A stretch of 64,000 bases of DNA from Candidatus Latescibacterota bacterium. GTDB lineage: Bacteria > Latescibacterota > UBA2968 > GCA-2709665. The position numbers and the translations under genes were made by a program. Under the pieces are notes generated by a model, which was not told where the DNA came from, did not search any database, and saw nothing but the letters and a program-made list of their open reading frames with translations. Positions 10,697-22,653 of the stretch are shown in pieces; the first letter of the stretch is position 1; each line of letters opens with the position of its first letter. The stretch is taken from NCBI GenBank assembly GCA_963667175.2, contig CAXXXF010000014.1, positions 288,001 to 352,000 on the forward strand, given 5' to 3'.

Positions 10697-11752
10697 TCAG
10701 GTCAGCTTCATTCTGGGATCGGCATCCAGGTCCCGCCCCGACCGCTCGCCTCTGCCCAGCCGGAACCCTCCTGCGCAGGCGATCATCGCCGCATTGTCCG
10801 TACACAGGACCGGCGGCGGAAAACAGACCTCGGCGCCGAAGTCGCGGGCGGCGTGCCGCATCTCTTCCCGCAGCCGCCGATTCGCCGCCACGCCCCCCGT
10901 CAGCAGAATCCGTCTCAGACCCAGGGCGCGCGCGGCCTTTATGGTCTTTTCCACGAGAACGTCGACAACCGCGGCCTGAAAACTGGCCGCTATGTCCGCG
11001 CGTTCCGCAGCCGCATCGGCATCGGACCGGCTTTTCAGGTGGTACAGTACCGAAGTCTTGATCCCGCTGAAGCTGAACTCGAATCCCTCCCGATGCCGGA
11101 GCCCTCGCGGAAACGCAAACGCGTCGGCGTCACCCCGTTCCGCCAGTTCGGCAATGACCGGGCCGCCCATGGTCGTTTCGCCGGCCTTCAGCATGCCCAG
11201 CATCTTCGCGACCTTGTCGAAGGCTTCCCCTGCCGCGTCGTCCCTCGTTTCGCCGCGGATTTCGTACAAACCCCACCGGCGCACGTGGATCAACTGGGTA
11301 TGGCCGCCGGAAATCACCAGGGCGAGAAAGGGCGGGCACAGGTCGGGTTCCGCCAGCAGTCCCGCGAAGAGATGTCCCTCGATATGATGTACGCCGATCA
11401 GCGGACGTCCGCTTCCAAGCGCCATCCCCCTGGCAGCTGAGATACCCACGAGAAGACACCCGACGAGACCCGGCCCACGGGTGACCGCGATGCCGCCGAG
11501 GTCGTCCAGCCCGATTCCGGCCTGATCCAGGGCTTCTCGTACAACCGGCAAGATCTTGCGCACGTGGTTCCGCGACGCCAGTTCGGGAACGACACCGCCG
11601 TACAGGCTGTGCTCCGTTTGTGAAAAGATGATATTCGACAGAATACGGCCACCGGCAACGACCGCGGCAGCCGTTTCGTCACACGACGTCTCGATGCCGA
11701 GTACAGGACGATCCCATGCGGGCTGAACGGAGTCCCTGGATTGATCAGACAT
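10697..11752 (-). CDS. tsaD: tRNA N6-adenosine threonylcarbamoyltransferase
   Basis: LGIETSCDET, GGVVPELASR.H, HHIEGH, DDAAGEAFDK, TDNAAMIA. Confidence 0.97.
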   Translation of the reverse strand: MSDQSRDSVQPAWDRPVLGIETSCDETAAAVVAGGRILSNIIFSQTEHSLYGGVVPELASRNHVRKILPVVREALDQAGIGLDDLGGIAVTRGPGLVGCLLVGISAARGMALGSGRPLIGVHHIEGHLFAGLLAEPDLCPPFLALVISGGHTQLIHVRRWGLYEIRGETRDDAAGEAFDKVAKMLGMLKAGETTMGGPVIAELAERGDADAFAFPRGLRHREGFEFSFSGIKTSVLYHLKSRSDADAAAERADIAASFQAAVVDVLVEKTIKAARALGLRRILLTGGVAANRRLREEMRHAARDFGAEVCFPPPVLCTDNAAMIACAGGFRLGRGERSGRDLDADPRMKLT

Positions 11753-11997
11753 CTGGGCGTTAGAGAATCAAAGGGAGGCGGAAATAAGACACCACCCCCG
11801 CTGATCAGGGGATGGTCCCGCGCGAGGTGGAAAAAAATGAAATCCGGTTGAAAGAAACTTTCAAGAGATGAGCCAGCGTCCGGTGGCAGCGAGTCACCGG
11901 GGCCGCGAAGAATCCGTCCGCCGTCCTGGATATCGGATCTATCGGCGCCGGACGCGCGATGCGAGACCCTCAAGTGGGACGCGGCCGCATGTCCGGG

Positions 11998-12189
11998 TTA
12001 TTTGTACGACTCGGCGACGTTTCTTCCCATGCTGATCTCGCCGTTATCGATGCGCAGATTGAACCCGCAGTCCGGGCTGCTGCAAACCCAGGCCTTATAG
12101 TGAATGGGCGCGCCGTCGCGCCCGTAGTCGGACAGCGGCAGCAAAACACCCCTATCGCACTTCAGACACCGCGGCAGTTGATTTTCCAT
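11998..12189 (-). CDS. Small (63 aa) zinc-ribbon-like protein of unknown function
   Basis: CxxC ... CxxxxC motif pair, strong SD (GGAGGGGAGG) and its own promoter. Confidence 0.7.
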   Translation of the reverse strand: MENQLPRCLKCDRGVLLPLSDYGRDGAPIHYKAWVCSSPDCGFNLRIDNGEISMGRNVAESYK

Positions 12190-12340
12190 CCTGACCCTCC
12201 CCTCCACGTGATTTGCGGCTCCTCCCGTAATGGGCCGCCAGGTACCGCGTATCCGCTCCGCACGACGTGAAAATACGCTGCGGCAAAGTGGATCGTTGAC
12301 GCCGGAAACGACTGGCCCACTTTATATTAACAGACATGCA

Positions 12341-12369
12341 AAATTACGTAAACGAGGCGTTAAAGTCAA
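12341..12369 (-). promoter_or_regulatory. Sigma70-type promoter for the Zn-ribbon gene / tsaD operon
   Basis: Minus strand TTGACT-N17-TAATTT. Confidence 0.55.
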
Positions 12370-12415
12370 ATAATTCTCTTCGAAATCGTCACGGGAGCCG
12401 GTCGGTCGAAACCGA

Positions 12416-12444
12416 TTGACAATGGGTTCCGCCATGCGTATCCT
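12416..12444 (+). promoter_or_regulatory. Sigma70-type promoter for the XPB helicase
   Basis: TTGACA-N17-TATCCT. Confidence 0.6.
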
Positions 12445-12562
12445 TAACCCGCCTTTGCAACGGCATTATTCTCGAAATTCCTTGCGGCAGGCAACGGCGT
12501 GCCGCAACGGGTCTCTGCCGACCCCCTTTCTCCCGGCGACCGTCCGCCTGTCTCTATCCTCT

Positions 12563-14266
12563 ATGTCATACAACGCCCAAAATCCACTCATCGTGCAGAG
12601 CGATATGACCGTTCTCGCGGAGGTCGGCGGACCGCGGTACGAAGCCGCACGGGACGTTCTGGCCCGCTTCGCCGAGCTGGAAAAAAGCCCCGAGTATATC
12701 CACAGCTACCGCATCAGCCCGCTTTCGCTCTGGAACGCCGCCGCCGCGGGGCTCACGGCCGACGAAATCACGGGCGCTCTGGAGTCCTTCAGCAAATACG
12801 AAATCCCTCAGAACGTCTCCGTTGAAATCCGGGAGACGATGGGGCGGTACGGCCGGATTCGCCTGGAGCGGTCCGGGAAAAATCTCGTCCTCTCCGCCGA
12901 CGATCCGCTGCTCATCACCGAAATCTGCCGGCACAAGTCGGTACGGCCGTATCTGAACCGGAGGATCGACGAGCGGCGCCTCAAAATCGACCTGCTGTAC
13001 CGGGGCCACCTGAAACAGGCGCTTACCCGCATCGGCTTTCCCGTCAAGGACCTCGCCGGGTACGTGCCCGGCCGGCGCCTGACGCTGCAGCGGCGCGCGA
13101 ACACCCTGGCCGGCGCGCCGTTTCACCTGCGCGACTACCAGCGGGAGGCCCTGGAAATCTTCCACGCCGGCGGCGGACCGGAGGGCGGCAGCGGGGTGGT
13201 GGTGCTTCCCTGCGGCGCGGGCAAGACCATCGTCGGCATCGCCGCGCTCGAACGCCTGCAGACGCAGGCGCTCATCCTCACCACCAACGTTACCGCCTCG
13301 CGACAATGGAAAGCGGAACTCCTGGACAAGACGGATCTGAAGCCGGACCAGATCGGCGAATACTCCGGGGAGGTCAAAGAGATCCGCCCCATCACCGTCG
13401 CAACGTACAATATCCTCACCTACAGGAAGAAGAGGGGCGATGCGTTTCCCCACTTCGCCATCTTCAACCAGGGAAACTGGGGCATCATCATCTACGACGA
13501 GGTCCATCTGCTTCCCGCGCCGGTCTTCCGCTTTACCGCCGAACTGCAGGCGAGACGCCGGCTGGGCCTCACCGCCACGCTTGTGCGCGAGGACGGCCTG
13601 GAAGCGGACGTTTTCAGCCTGATCGGCCCGAAACGCTTCGACGTGCCCTGGCGAGACCTGGAGTCCCGGGGCTGGATCGCCACCGCGGAGTGCCGTGAAA
13701 TCCGCCTTCCCTTGCCCCAGGACCTGCGCCTGGACTATGCCGTTGCCGGGGGCCGCGGAAAATTCCGGATTGCGTCCGAGAATCCGTCCAAAATCCCACT
13801 GGCCAAACAGCTCATCCGGAAACACGACAAGGACCAGATCCTGGTGATCGGCAAGTACGTCGACCAGGTAGAAACCTTCGCCAGAGAACTGAATGCGCCC
13901 GTAATCACCGGCAAGACGCCCAGCGAGGATCGCGACCTGCTCTACGATCGCTTCCGGAAAGGGGAATTACGGCTGATGGTCGTTTCCAAGGTGGCCAATT
14001 TCGCCGTCGACCTGCCGGACGCCAACGTGGCCATCCAGATTTCGGGCACGTTCGGTTCCCGGCAGGAAGAGGCCCAGCGGCTGGGGCGCATCCTGCGGCC
14101 GAAGGCCAACGGCAGCCTCGCCCATTTCTACACCCTGGTTACCCGGGACACCCGGGAACTGGAGTTCGCGCGCAAGCGCCAGATGTTTCTCACCGAACAG
14201 GGTTACCGGTATTCCATTCGGGACGCCGCCGATGTCTTCGAGGGATCCGGCGCCGCTCCGGTCTGA
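12563..14266 (+). CDS. XPB/Ssl2/Rad25-like DNA repair helicase
   Basis: FAELEKSPEYIHSYRI N-domain, VLPCGAGKT, DEVH, LGLTAT, GSRQEEAQRLGRILRPK. Confidence 0.92.
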   Translation: MSYNAQNPLIVQSDMTVLAEVGGPRYEAARDVLARFAELEKSPEYIHSYRISPLSLWNAAAAGLTADEITGALESFSKYEIPQNVSVEIRETMGRYGRIRLERSGKNLVLSADDPLLITEICRHKSVRPYLNRRIDERRLKIDLLYRGHLKQALTRIGFPVKDLAGYVPGRRLTLQRRANTLAGAPFHLRDYQREALEIFHAGGGPEGGSGVVVLPCGAGKTIVGIAALERLQTQALILTTNVTASRQWKAELLDKTDLKPDQIGEYSGEVKEIRPITVATYNILTYRKKRGDAFPHFAIFNQGNWGIIIYDEVHLLPAPVFRFTAELQARRRLGLTATLVREDGLEADVFSLIGPKRFDVPWRDLESRGWIATAECREIRLPLPQDLRLDYAVAGGRGKFRIASENPSKIPLAKQLIRKHDKDQILVIGKYVDQVETFARELNAPVITGKTPSEDRDLLYDRFRKGELRLMVVSKVANFAVDLPDANVAIQISGTFGSRQEEAQRLGRILRPKANGSLAHFYTLVTRDTRELEFARKRQMFLTEQGYRYSIRDAADVFEGSGAAPV

Positions 14267-15107
14267 CCGTTCCGAAGCCGCCGCCTTCCGCGCGGGCCTG
14301 CAGATCACGCGCCCCCAGAACTGGGTGATCACCTTTGCCTCGGTGCTGATGGGCGGGTGGCTGGGGGTACACGCGTTGCCCGCGCCGCTCTGGATCGCCG
14401 CACTCTCCGCGGCGGCCGTCATGGCCGGCGGCAATGCGCTCAACGATCTGTGGGACCTGGAATCCGATCGCGTCAATCACCCTCACAGGCCCCTTCCGTC
14501 CGGCCGCCTGACCCCCCGCGCCGCCGGCATTGCGTGCATTGCCCTCTTCTCATTCGGCCTCGGCCTGAGCGTTCTCCTGCCACGCGAAGCCATCGCCGCC
14601 GCGGCCTGCGCGTGCGGATGCCTCGTCGTCTATAATCGCCGGCTGAAACACGTCCCGCTGGCGGGTAACGTCGCGGTGAGCCTCCTGTGCGGTCTGGCTT
14701 TCTTCTACGGCGGGTTCGCCGCGGGGGCGCCCCTGCCCGCCGCCGTTCCCGCCCTGTTTGCAGCCTTCTACCACCTCGGCCGGGAAATTCTCAAAGACGC
14801 TCAGGATATCCCGGGAGACCGAATGGCGCCCGGCGGCACCCTGCCCATGCGCTGGGGGCCGGCCAGGTCCTGCCGTCTTGCCGCCGGCGCATTCGCGCTC
14901 GTGGTTCTCCTCACGCCGGTCCCGTATTTGCTGGACATTTACGGCCTCCCGTATCTCATCCTGGTTTCCCTGCTCGACGTCCTGCTGATTGGTGTCATGG
15001 TCTCCATCCTGCGCGTCCCGGACACCCGACGGCTCCGGTTGATCAACCGATTTCTGAAGGCTGGCATGATGCTCGGGCTGCTGGCCATCCTCGCCGGCGC
15101 GCTGTGA
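14232..15107 (+). CDS. UbiA-family prenyltransferase, digeranylgeranylglyceryl-phosphate (DGGGP) synthase-like
   Basis: RPQN, NDLWD..SDRVNHP.RPLPSG, Y...LK..PL.GN..V, REILKD..DI.GD; multiple TM helices. Confidence 0.8.
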   Translation: MSSRDPAPLRSDRSEAAAFRAGLQITRPQNWVITFASVLMGGWLGVHALPAPLWIAALSAAAVMAGGNALNDLWDLESDRVNHPHRPLPSGRLTPRAAGIACIALFSFGLGLSVLLPREAIAAAACACGCLVVYNRRLKHVPLAGNVAVSLLCGLAFFYGGFAAGAPLPAAVPALFAAFYHLGREILKDAQDIPGDRMAPGGTLPMRWGPARSCRLAAGAFALVVLLTPVPYLLDIYGLPYLILVSLLDVLLIGVMVSILRVPDTRRLRLINRFLKAGMMLGLLAILAGAL

Positions 15108-15242
15108 CGCGCAGCAACCCGCCTTCCGCGCGCAAATAGCATCTCCTTCCTGACCGCCGACCCGGGCGAGAGACTTGCATCTGCCTCAAGTCGTTGATTA
15201 TATTGGTCCCACTACAAAGCCAGGTTCAATAAAGCGGCCTGA

Positions 15243-17249
<2,007 letters not shown>

Positions 17250-17327
17250 CAACCTGCGAAAGCCCGTCGCAGACCGCTCGACGGATTGTAATCCCCGGAC
17301 CGGAGCTCCCGACTCAGGCCTTTTCGC

Positions 17328-17356
17328 TTGACAGAAAACCGACGCTTTGTTACACT
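17328..17356 (+). promoter_or_regulatory. tRNA promoter
   Basis: TTGACA-N17-TACACT about 20 nt upstream of the tRNA. Confidence 0.75.
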
Positions 17357-17377
17357 TCCACCACATTGCCCAGCGGT

Positions 17378-17453
17378 GGGGCTGTAGCTCAGCTGGGAGA
17401 GCGCATGACTGGCAGTCATGAGGTCGTCGGTTCGATCCCGATCAGCTCCACCA
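17378..17453 (+). tRNA. tRNA-Ala (GGC)
   Basis: Cloverleaf: GGGGCTG/CAGCTCC acceptor stem with G3:U70, anticodon arm CATGA-CTGGCAG-TCATG, GGTTCGA T-loop, encoded CCA. Confidence 0.98.
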
Positions 17454-17462
17454 TGAAATCAG

Positions 17463-17497
17463 AAACAGGCTTGCGCCACGCGGCGCAAGCCTGTTTT
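17463..17497 (+). terminator. Intrinsic terminator after tRNA-Ala
   Basis: AAACAGGCTTGCGCC-acgc-GGCGCAAGCCTGTTTT perfect hairpin with T tail. Confidence 0.85.
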
Positions 17498-17510
17498 GGT
17501 TTTGGTGATG

Positions 17511-17554
17511 CCCTCACCCGACGTTGCGCGTCACCCTCTCCCAGAGGGAGAGGG
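17511..17554. repeat. Palindromic REP-like repeat family R1 (CCCTCACCC...CCCTCTCCC..GGGAGAGGG), intergenic copy
   Basis: Nearly identical to 18461-18504. Confidence 0.85.
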
Positions 17555-17758
17555 TATGATTGGGGAGGAGGTGAACCGGTGGAGGAATTCGGCATGTCAG
17601 CGCGTACTCGCCGCTTAGTGTCGCGAATCGCGACAGTTGTACGTATACGATCCCGGTTTCAATTAACCTGTTTTACGTTGACTGAAATTCCTGCGTGGTA
17701 TACTTTAAAGGTGTACATTAGATCAGCTAAGGAATGGTAAACCGGGGAGCTATACACG

Positions 17759-19399
17759 ATGGCGAAGGGTCGACGAAAAAAGACCAGGACGGATGCCGAA
17801 TCCAGCGAAGCTACGGATTTCCGATCCAAACTATGGGCGATGGCAGACGCGTTGCGGGGCAGCATGGACGCCGCCGAATACAAGCACGTCGTCCTGGGTC
17901 TGATCTTCCTCAAGTACATTTCGGACGCGTTCGAGGAAGCCCATGCCAGGCTCGTGGAAGAAATCGCTGAAGGAGCAGACCCGGAAGACCCTGACGAGTA
18001 TCGCGCCCAGAGCATCTTCTGGGTGCCGCCGGAAGCGCGTTGGAAACAGCTTCAGGCGCAGGCGCGGCAACCAGCCATCGGACGTGCGGTTGACGATGCA
18101 ATGGCCGCCATAGAACGGGATAATCCCGTGCTCAAGGACGTCTTGCCAAAGGACTATGCCCGTCCCAACCTGGACAAGACTCGCCTGGGGCAGGTGGTGG
18201 ACCTGGTTACCAACATTAACGTGGGCGGGGCAAAAGCCCGGGCGACGGACGTGCTCGGAAGCGTCTACGAGTACTTCCTGGAGCAATTCGCACTGGCTGA
18301 GGGCCGGAAGGGCGGCGAGTTTTACACCCCGCGCTCGGTAGTGCGTCTGCTGGTTGAGATGCTGGAACCCTACAAGGGGCGGGTCTACGACCCGTGTTGC
18401 GGCTCCTCGGGGATGTTCGTTCAGTCGATGGCGTTCATTGACGCCCATACCGGTGGGATACCCTCACCCGACGCTACGCGTCACCCTCTCCCAAAGGGAG
18501 AGGGTATGACTGTAGATAAGGCAGGCGGCGGAAGGGGCGATATCTCTATCTACGGACAGGAGTCCAACTACACCACCTGGCGAATGGCAAGGATGAACCT
18601 CGCGATTCGCGGCATCGACGGCCGAATCGAGCACGGGGACAGCTTCCACAACGACCGGCATCCGGACATGAAGGCCGACTACATCCTCGCCAATCCGCCC
18701 TTCAACGTGTCGGACTGGGGCGGCGACAGGTTGCGCGAGGACAGACGGTGGGAATTTGGCGTCCCACCCGCAGGTAACGCGAATTTTGCGTGGGTGCAGC
18801 ACTTCCTTTCTCACCTTGCGCCGCGCGGCATCGCCGGCTTCGTACTGGCCAACGGCTCCATGTCGTCCAACCAGTCGAACGAGGGGGAAATCCGGAAGAA
18901 TATCATCGAGGCCAACCTCGTGGACTGCATCGTCGCCCTGCCCGGCCAACTCTTCCGGTCGACGCAGATCCCCGCGTGTCTGTGGTTTCTGTCAAGGGCG
19001 CCCTCACCCGGGGGAGGCGCGAGGGTGCGCGGTGGCGAAACCCTCTTCATCGACGCCCGAAAGCTGGGTCATCTGGTCGACCGGACGCACAGGGACCTCT
19101 CGCCGGAAGACATCGCCCGGGTCGCGGACACCTACCACGCCTGGCAAAACGGAGAGGGCTACGACGACGTTCCAGGGTTCTGCAAGAGCGCATCGCTCGA
19201 AAAGATCCGTAAACACGGCCACGTCCTCACGCCCGGCCGCTACGTCGGCGCTAAGCCGCAGCCGGAAGATGGTGAACCCTTTGAGGAGAAGATGTCCCGT
19301 CTCGCGAAGCAGTGGCGCGAACAGCAGGTCGAGGCCGCAAAGCTGGATGCCGCTATTGAGAAGAATCTGAGAAAGCTTGGCTTTGGAGACGATCGATGA
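17759..19399 (+). CDS. hsdM: Type I RM N6-adenine methyltransferase subunit
   Basis: [38 protein letters not shown]. Confidence 0.96.
   Translation: MAKGRRKKTRTDAESSEATDFRSKLWAMADALRGSMDAAEYKHVVLGLIFLKYISDAFEEAHARLVEEIAEGADPEDPDEYRAQSIFWVPPEARWKQLQAQARQPAIGRAVDDAMAAIERDNPVLKDVLPKDYARPNLDKTRLGQVVDLVTNINVGGAKARATDVLGSVYEYFLEQFALAEGRKGGEFYTPRSVVRLLVEMLEPYKGRVYDPCCGSSGMFVQSMAFIDAHTGGIPSPDATRHPLPKGEGMTVDKAGGGRGDISIYGQESNYTTWRMARMNLAIRGIDGRIEHGDSFHNDRHPDMKADYILANPPFNVSDWGGDRLREDRRWEFGVPPAGNANFAWVQHFLSHLAPRGIAGFVLANGSMSSNQSNEGEIRKNIIEANLVDCIVALPGQLFRSTQIPACLWFLSRAPSPGGGARVRGGETLFIDARKLGHLVDRTHRDLSPEDIARVADTYHAWQNGEGYDDVPGFCKSASLEKIRKHGHVLTPGRYVGAKPQPEDGEPFEEKMSRLAKQWREQQVEAAKLDAAIEKNLRKLGFGDDR
18461..18504. 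repeat. R1 repeat copy embedded in frame in hsdM
   Basis: ccctcacccgacgctacgcgtcaccctctcccaaagggagaggg, read as [15 protein letters not shown]. Confidence 0.85.
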
Positions 19400-19614
19400 C
19401 CTACACTGACGATGAGATCAAACGCCAACTTCGTCTGGGCGAGGACAGCCAGTGGGAGTTCAAACGGAACGAATTTTCCGGGAACCGGCTGCGAAATCCT
19501 GGCCGCGATGATTGGGCCGACGAGATCGCCGCCTTTGCCAACTCGAACGACGGCACACTGCTTTATGGCGTCACTGACGCGGGGGATATTCAGGGCATGT
19601 CGCGCGAGCATTGA
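19396..19614 (+). pseudogene. Truncated AlbA_2/Schlafen DNA-binding domain (5' duplicate of the gene at 20406)
   Basis: Near-identical to the first ~70 codons of 20406-22148, then stops. Confidence 0.8.
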
Positions 19615-19674
19615 GAAAGGCCGTCGGAAAAAGAACCGGCACGGGTCAACCCGGCAACGCAAAAGGAGGTCAAG

Positions 19675-19944
19675 ATGTCTGTCCAGAACTATCGGCCCGG
19701 GGAAATTTCCAGTCTGGGCAAGTCTATCTATCAGGAAAAGATCAAGCATCTGGTGGAACCTCAGGAAAATGGGAAGTTCATCGTCATCGACGTGGAAAGC
19801 GGCGAATACGAGATAGACGAACAAGACGTGGTCGCCTCAAGCCGGCTGCGAGAGCGTCGGCCCAACGCCGTTACCTATGGGGTCATCATCGGCTATCGCG
19901 TCGCGTACAGCCTCGGGGGAAGAATCGAGGCTACTGATGATTAG
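19675..19944 (+). CDS. Small hypothetical protein partnered with a clan AA aspartic protease
   Basis: SD AGGAGG, GKFIVIDVESGEYEID motif, overlaps the start of the protease. Confidence 0.7.
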   Translation: MSVQNYRPGEISSLGKSIYQEKIKHLVEPQENGKFIVIDVESGEYEIDEQDVVASSRLRERRPNAVTYGVIIGYRVAYSLGGRIEATDD

Positions 19945-20314
19945 GGGACGAGTAAGCCGTCGTCTGCGCGTCCGACTGCCTATTGAGTTAATTCTCAACG
20001 ACGCCTCTGTCCGATCTGTAGAAGTTGGCCTGGATACGGGGTTTACGGGTGATTTGACATTACCCTCAGAGGTAATACGGCAATGCGGAATGACACCGGA
20101 AGGTGAACGCTCGGTGGTCTTGGCCAACGGCGACGAGGTACATCTGAGGGTCTGGCAAGGCACGACACTCTGGCATGAGAGGCCGTGCCGGGTCAGGGTA
20201 TTCCAAGCGGAGGGTGAACCCTTGCTGGGCATGAACCTGCTACGGGGTAGCCGGGTTACTTTGGACGCTCTGGTCGGCGGTAACGTGGTCATAGAGGAAC
20301 TCGACAGAATGTGA
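19937..20314 (+). CDS. Clan AA (retropepsin-like) aspartic protease
   Basis: LDTGFTG catalytic motif, [12 protein letters not shown]. Confidence 0.8.
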   Translation: MIRGRVSRRLRVRLPIELILNDASVRSVEVGLDTGFTGDLTLPSEVIRQCGMTPEGERSVVLANGDEVHLRVWQGTTLWHERPCRVRVFQAEGEPLLGMNLLRGSRVTLDALVGGNVVIEELDRM

Positions 20315-20322
20315 ACGGCGAA

Positions 20323-20409
20323 TGGCGCGAACAACAGGCGGAGGCCGCAAAGCTGGATGCTGCGATTGCGGTAAATCTCAAAAAGCTTGGCTTTGGAGAC
20401 GATCGATGA
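20323..20409 (+). repeat. Remnant copy of the hsdM 3' end ([28 protein letters not shown])
   Basis: Aligns with 19313-19399. Confidence 0.88.
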
Positions 20410-22148
20410 CCCACACTGACGATGAGATCAGACGCCAACTTCGTCTGGGCGAGGACAGCTACTGGGAGTTCAAGCAGATCGAATTTTCCGGGAACCGGCT
20501 GAGAAATCCTGGCCGCGATGACTGGGCCGACGAGATCGCCGCTTTTGCCAACTCGAACGGCGGCACACTGCTATATGGCGTCACTGACGCGGGGGATATA
20601 CAGGGCATGTCGCGTGAACAGATGAACGTGCTGGAACGCACGATCGTCGAGCTGTGTACTCAATCGATCAAGCCCCCGCTTTTCGACGTCGTAATCACGC
20701 GTCACGAACTGGATGGCAAAGCACTGTTGTCCGTCTCCGTAGCCAGAGGCGCCGCGCAATACGACAGCCCGGGTGGCAGTTTCCGGCGCGTGGGCAGTTC
20801 CAAACGTCAAATGGGCAGCGACGAACGCATGCGCCTGGCACAACAGCGCGGTCAGGCCCGTTTTCGCTGGTTTGACGAGCAGCCCCTGCCTCAGACCGGG
20901 TTCCGCACGCTGGACGAGGCACTTTGGAAACCCTTGCTCAGCGTGAGCGGGAGGGCCGAACCCCATACGGCCCTAGAAAAACTGGCATTGTTGGGCAGGG
21001 ACGAGGACGGCGCAGTTCGGGCCACTGTGGCTGGGATTCTCCTTTGCACCCACGCGCCTGAGGAGTGGCTTCCCAGCGCTTGCATCACCGCGACCCATTA
21101 TCGCGGCGAGGACCGGGCATCCGGCCAACTCGATGCGCAGATCATCACCGGGCCGATCAACCGGCAGGTGGCGGACGCAATGGCATTTGTAATGCGCAAC
21201 ATGCGCGTTGGGGCGTACAAGAAACCCGCCCGAATGGACCTTCCGCAGTACAGTGCCGAAGCACTTTTCGAGGCGATCGTAAATGCCGTCGCCCATCGGG
21301 ATTATACGATACGAGGCAGTCGAATTCGAGTGTCCATGTTTGCCGACCGCGTGGAAATCAACTCGCCGGGCGGGTTGGCCAACAACCTCACCATCGACAG
21401 CATGGCGGCACGGCAGGCAACGCGCAACGAAACCATCGCGTCCGCGCTCGGGCGAATGCCCGTTGGAGACATTCCCGGGTCTGAAATGCGTCAATTCTTC
21501 ATGGAACGCCGCGGCGATGGTGTTCCCATTATCCTGCGCGAGACCGAGGCGTTGAGCGGTAAACCCCCCAGGTATTGGCTACTTGGCGAGTCAGACCTCT
21601 TTCTTACGTTGCCCGCCAGGGACACCAGTGCCACGCCAGCCACTGTCGTGGTGACGGTACGACGAGATGGTCGCCCGATTTCGGGCGCCGATTCGCTGGC
21701 GATTTTTCCCGATAACACCTGGATACGGGCCACGACGGACGAGAATGGAGAAGCGGCGATGGACCTGTACGCGACAAATCTGCCCATGACCGTGTTCGTC
21801 GCAGCCGGGGGCTATAAAGCATACGTTGAACAAGGGTGGGTTCCGACGAACGGCGCGCTGGCTGTGGAAGTCAAACCGCTTTCCGGCGGCGGCGCGGTGA
21901 TTTTTCCCGAGGCAACCGGCAAGATTCCGGGGCTCAAGGGACAGCTTAATCCCATTCGAGACGCACATGACCGGACCTACCTTTATGCCTCGAACATCGC
22001 CATCAACCAGGGCCAGCCGCAACCCGTTCACTTTTCGTTCGGTGAAGACTTGCGGCTCATAGATTCGAATGGCGTCGAAACGTGCGTGCGCGTCGTCCAA
22101 ATCGAAGGCAGATCGGCATTGGTGGAATATCGGCCATTCAAGGCGTGA
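20406..22148 (+). CDS. AlbA_2/Schlafen DNA-binding plus HATPase_c_4 (RecG-C-like) protein with extra C-terminal domain
   Basis: [46 protein letters not shown]. Confidence 0.82.
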   Translation: MTHTDDEIRRQLRLGEDSYWEFKQIEFSGNRLRNPGRDDWADEIAAFANSNGGTLLYGVTDAGDIQGMSREQMNVLERTIVELCTQSIKPPLFDVVITRHELDGKALLSVSVARGAAQYDSPGGSFRRVGSSKRQMGSDERMRLAQQRGQARFRWFDEQPLPQTGFRTLDEALWKPLLSVSGRAEPHTALEKLALLGRDEDGAVRATVAGILLCTHAPEEWLPSACITATHYRGEDRASGQLDAQIITGPINRQVADAMAFVMRNMRVGAYKKPARMDLPQYSAEALFEAIVNAVAHRDYTIRGSRIRVSMFADRVEINSPGGLANNLTIDSMAARQATRNETIASALGRMPVGDIPGSEMRQFFMERRGDGVPIILRETEALSGKPPRYWLLGESDLFLTLPARDTSATPATVVVTVRRDGRPISGADSLAIFPDNTWIRATTDENGEAAMDLYATNLPMTVFVAAGGYKAYVEQGWVPTNGALAVEVKPLSGGGAVIFPEATGKIPGLKGQLNPIRDAHDRTYLYASNIAINQGQPQPVHFSFGEDLRLIDSNGVETCVRVVQIEGRSALVEYRPFKA

Positions 22149-22227
22149 ACAGCAGGCCGAGGCCGCTAAGCTGGATGCGGCTATTGAGGCGAACCTGCAA
22201 CGGCTTGGATTTGGAACGGAAGAATAG
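22142..22227 (+). repeat. Second remnant copy of the hsdM 3' end ([27 protein letters not shown])
   Basis: Aligns with 19314-19386, with synonymous and non-synonymous changes. Confidence 0.85.
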
Positions 22228-22230
22228 AAC

Positions 22231-22653
22231 ATGCGCATCAACACCGATTTCCTGATTCGATGCATCAACACACTGGAGTCGGCCTTCAAGGAGTTGCAGC
22301 AGCGAGAGCCATCCGATACCTTCTACGACATATTCCGCGCAGCTTCGGTCAAAGAGTTCGAGATTGTGCTGGAACAGTCCGGCAGCCTGTTGAAAAAGCG
22401 CCTAAGGCCCTACCTGGCCAGCAACAGACACGCGGACAGGCTTACGTTCAAGAATGCGTTCCACCACGCCGCCAAACACGACCTCATCTCCGTGGAAGCC
22501 TGTGAACGCTGGTTTGCTTACCGGGACGACCGGAACGACACCGCCCACGACTATGGCGAAGCCTTTGCCGAAACCACACTCACATTGCTTCCGCAATTCA
22601 TCGTCGATGCCAGAAATCTGGCGAAAATTATCGCAGAGGTCGACGATGACTGA
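22231..22653 (+). CDS. Nucleotidyltransferase substrate-binding (HEPN-like, HI0074-type) protein
   Basis: VKEFEIVLEQSG.LL, RNDTAHDYG (R-x4-H HEPN motif); overlaps the MNT-hsdS start. Confidence 0.85.
   Translation: MRINTDFLIRCINTLESAFKELQQREPSDTFYDIFRAASVKEFEIVLEQSGSLLKKRLRPYLASNRHADRLTFKNAFHHAAKHDLISVEACERWFAYRDDRNDTAHDYGEAFAETTLTLLPQFIVDARNLAKIIAEVDDD

Noticed and set aside
17366-17740. 124-aa ORF after ligA
   Set aside because: It overlaps the tRNA, the terminator and the R1 repeat, so it is spurious.
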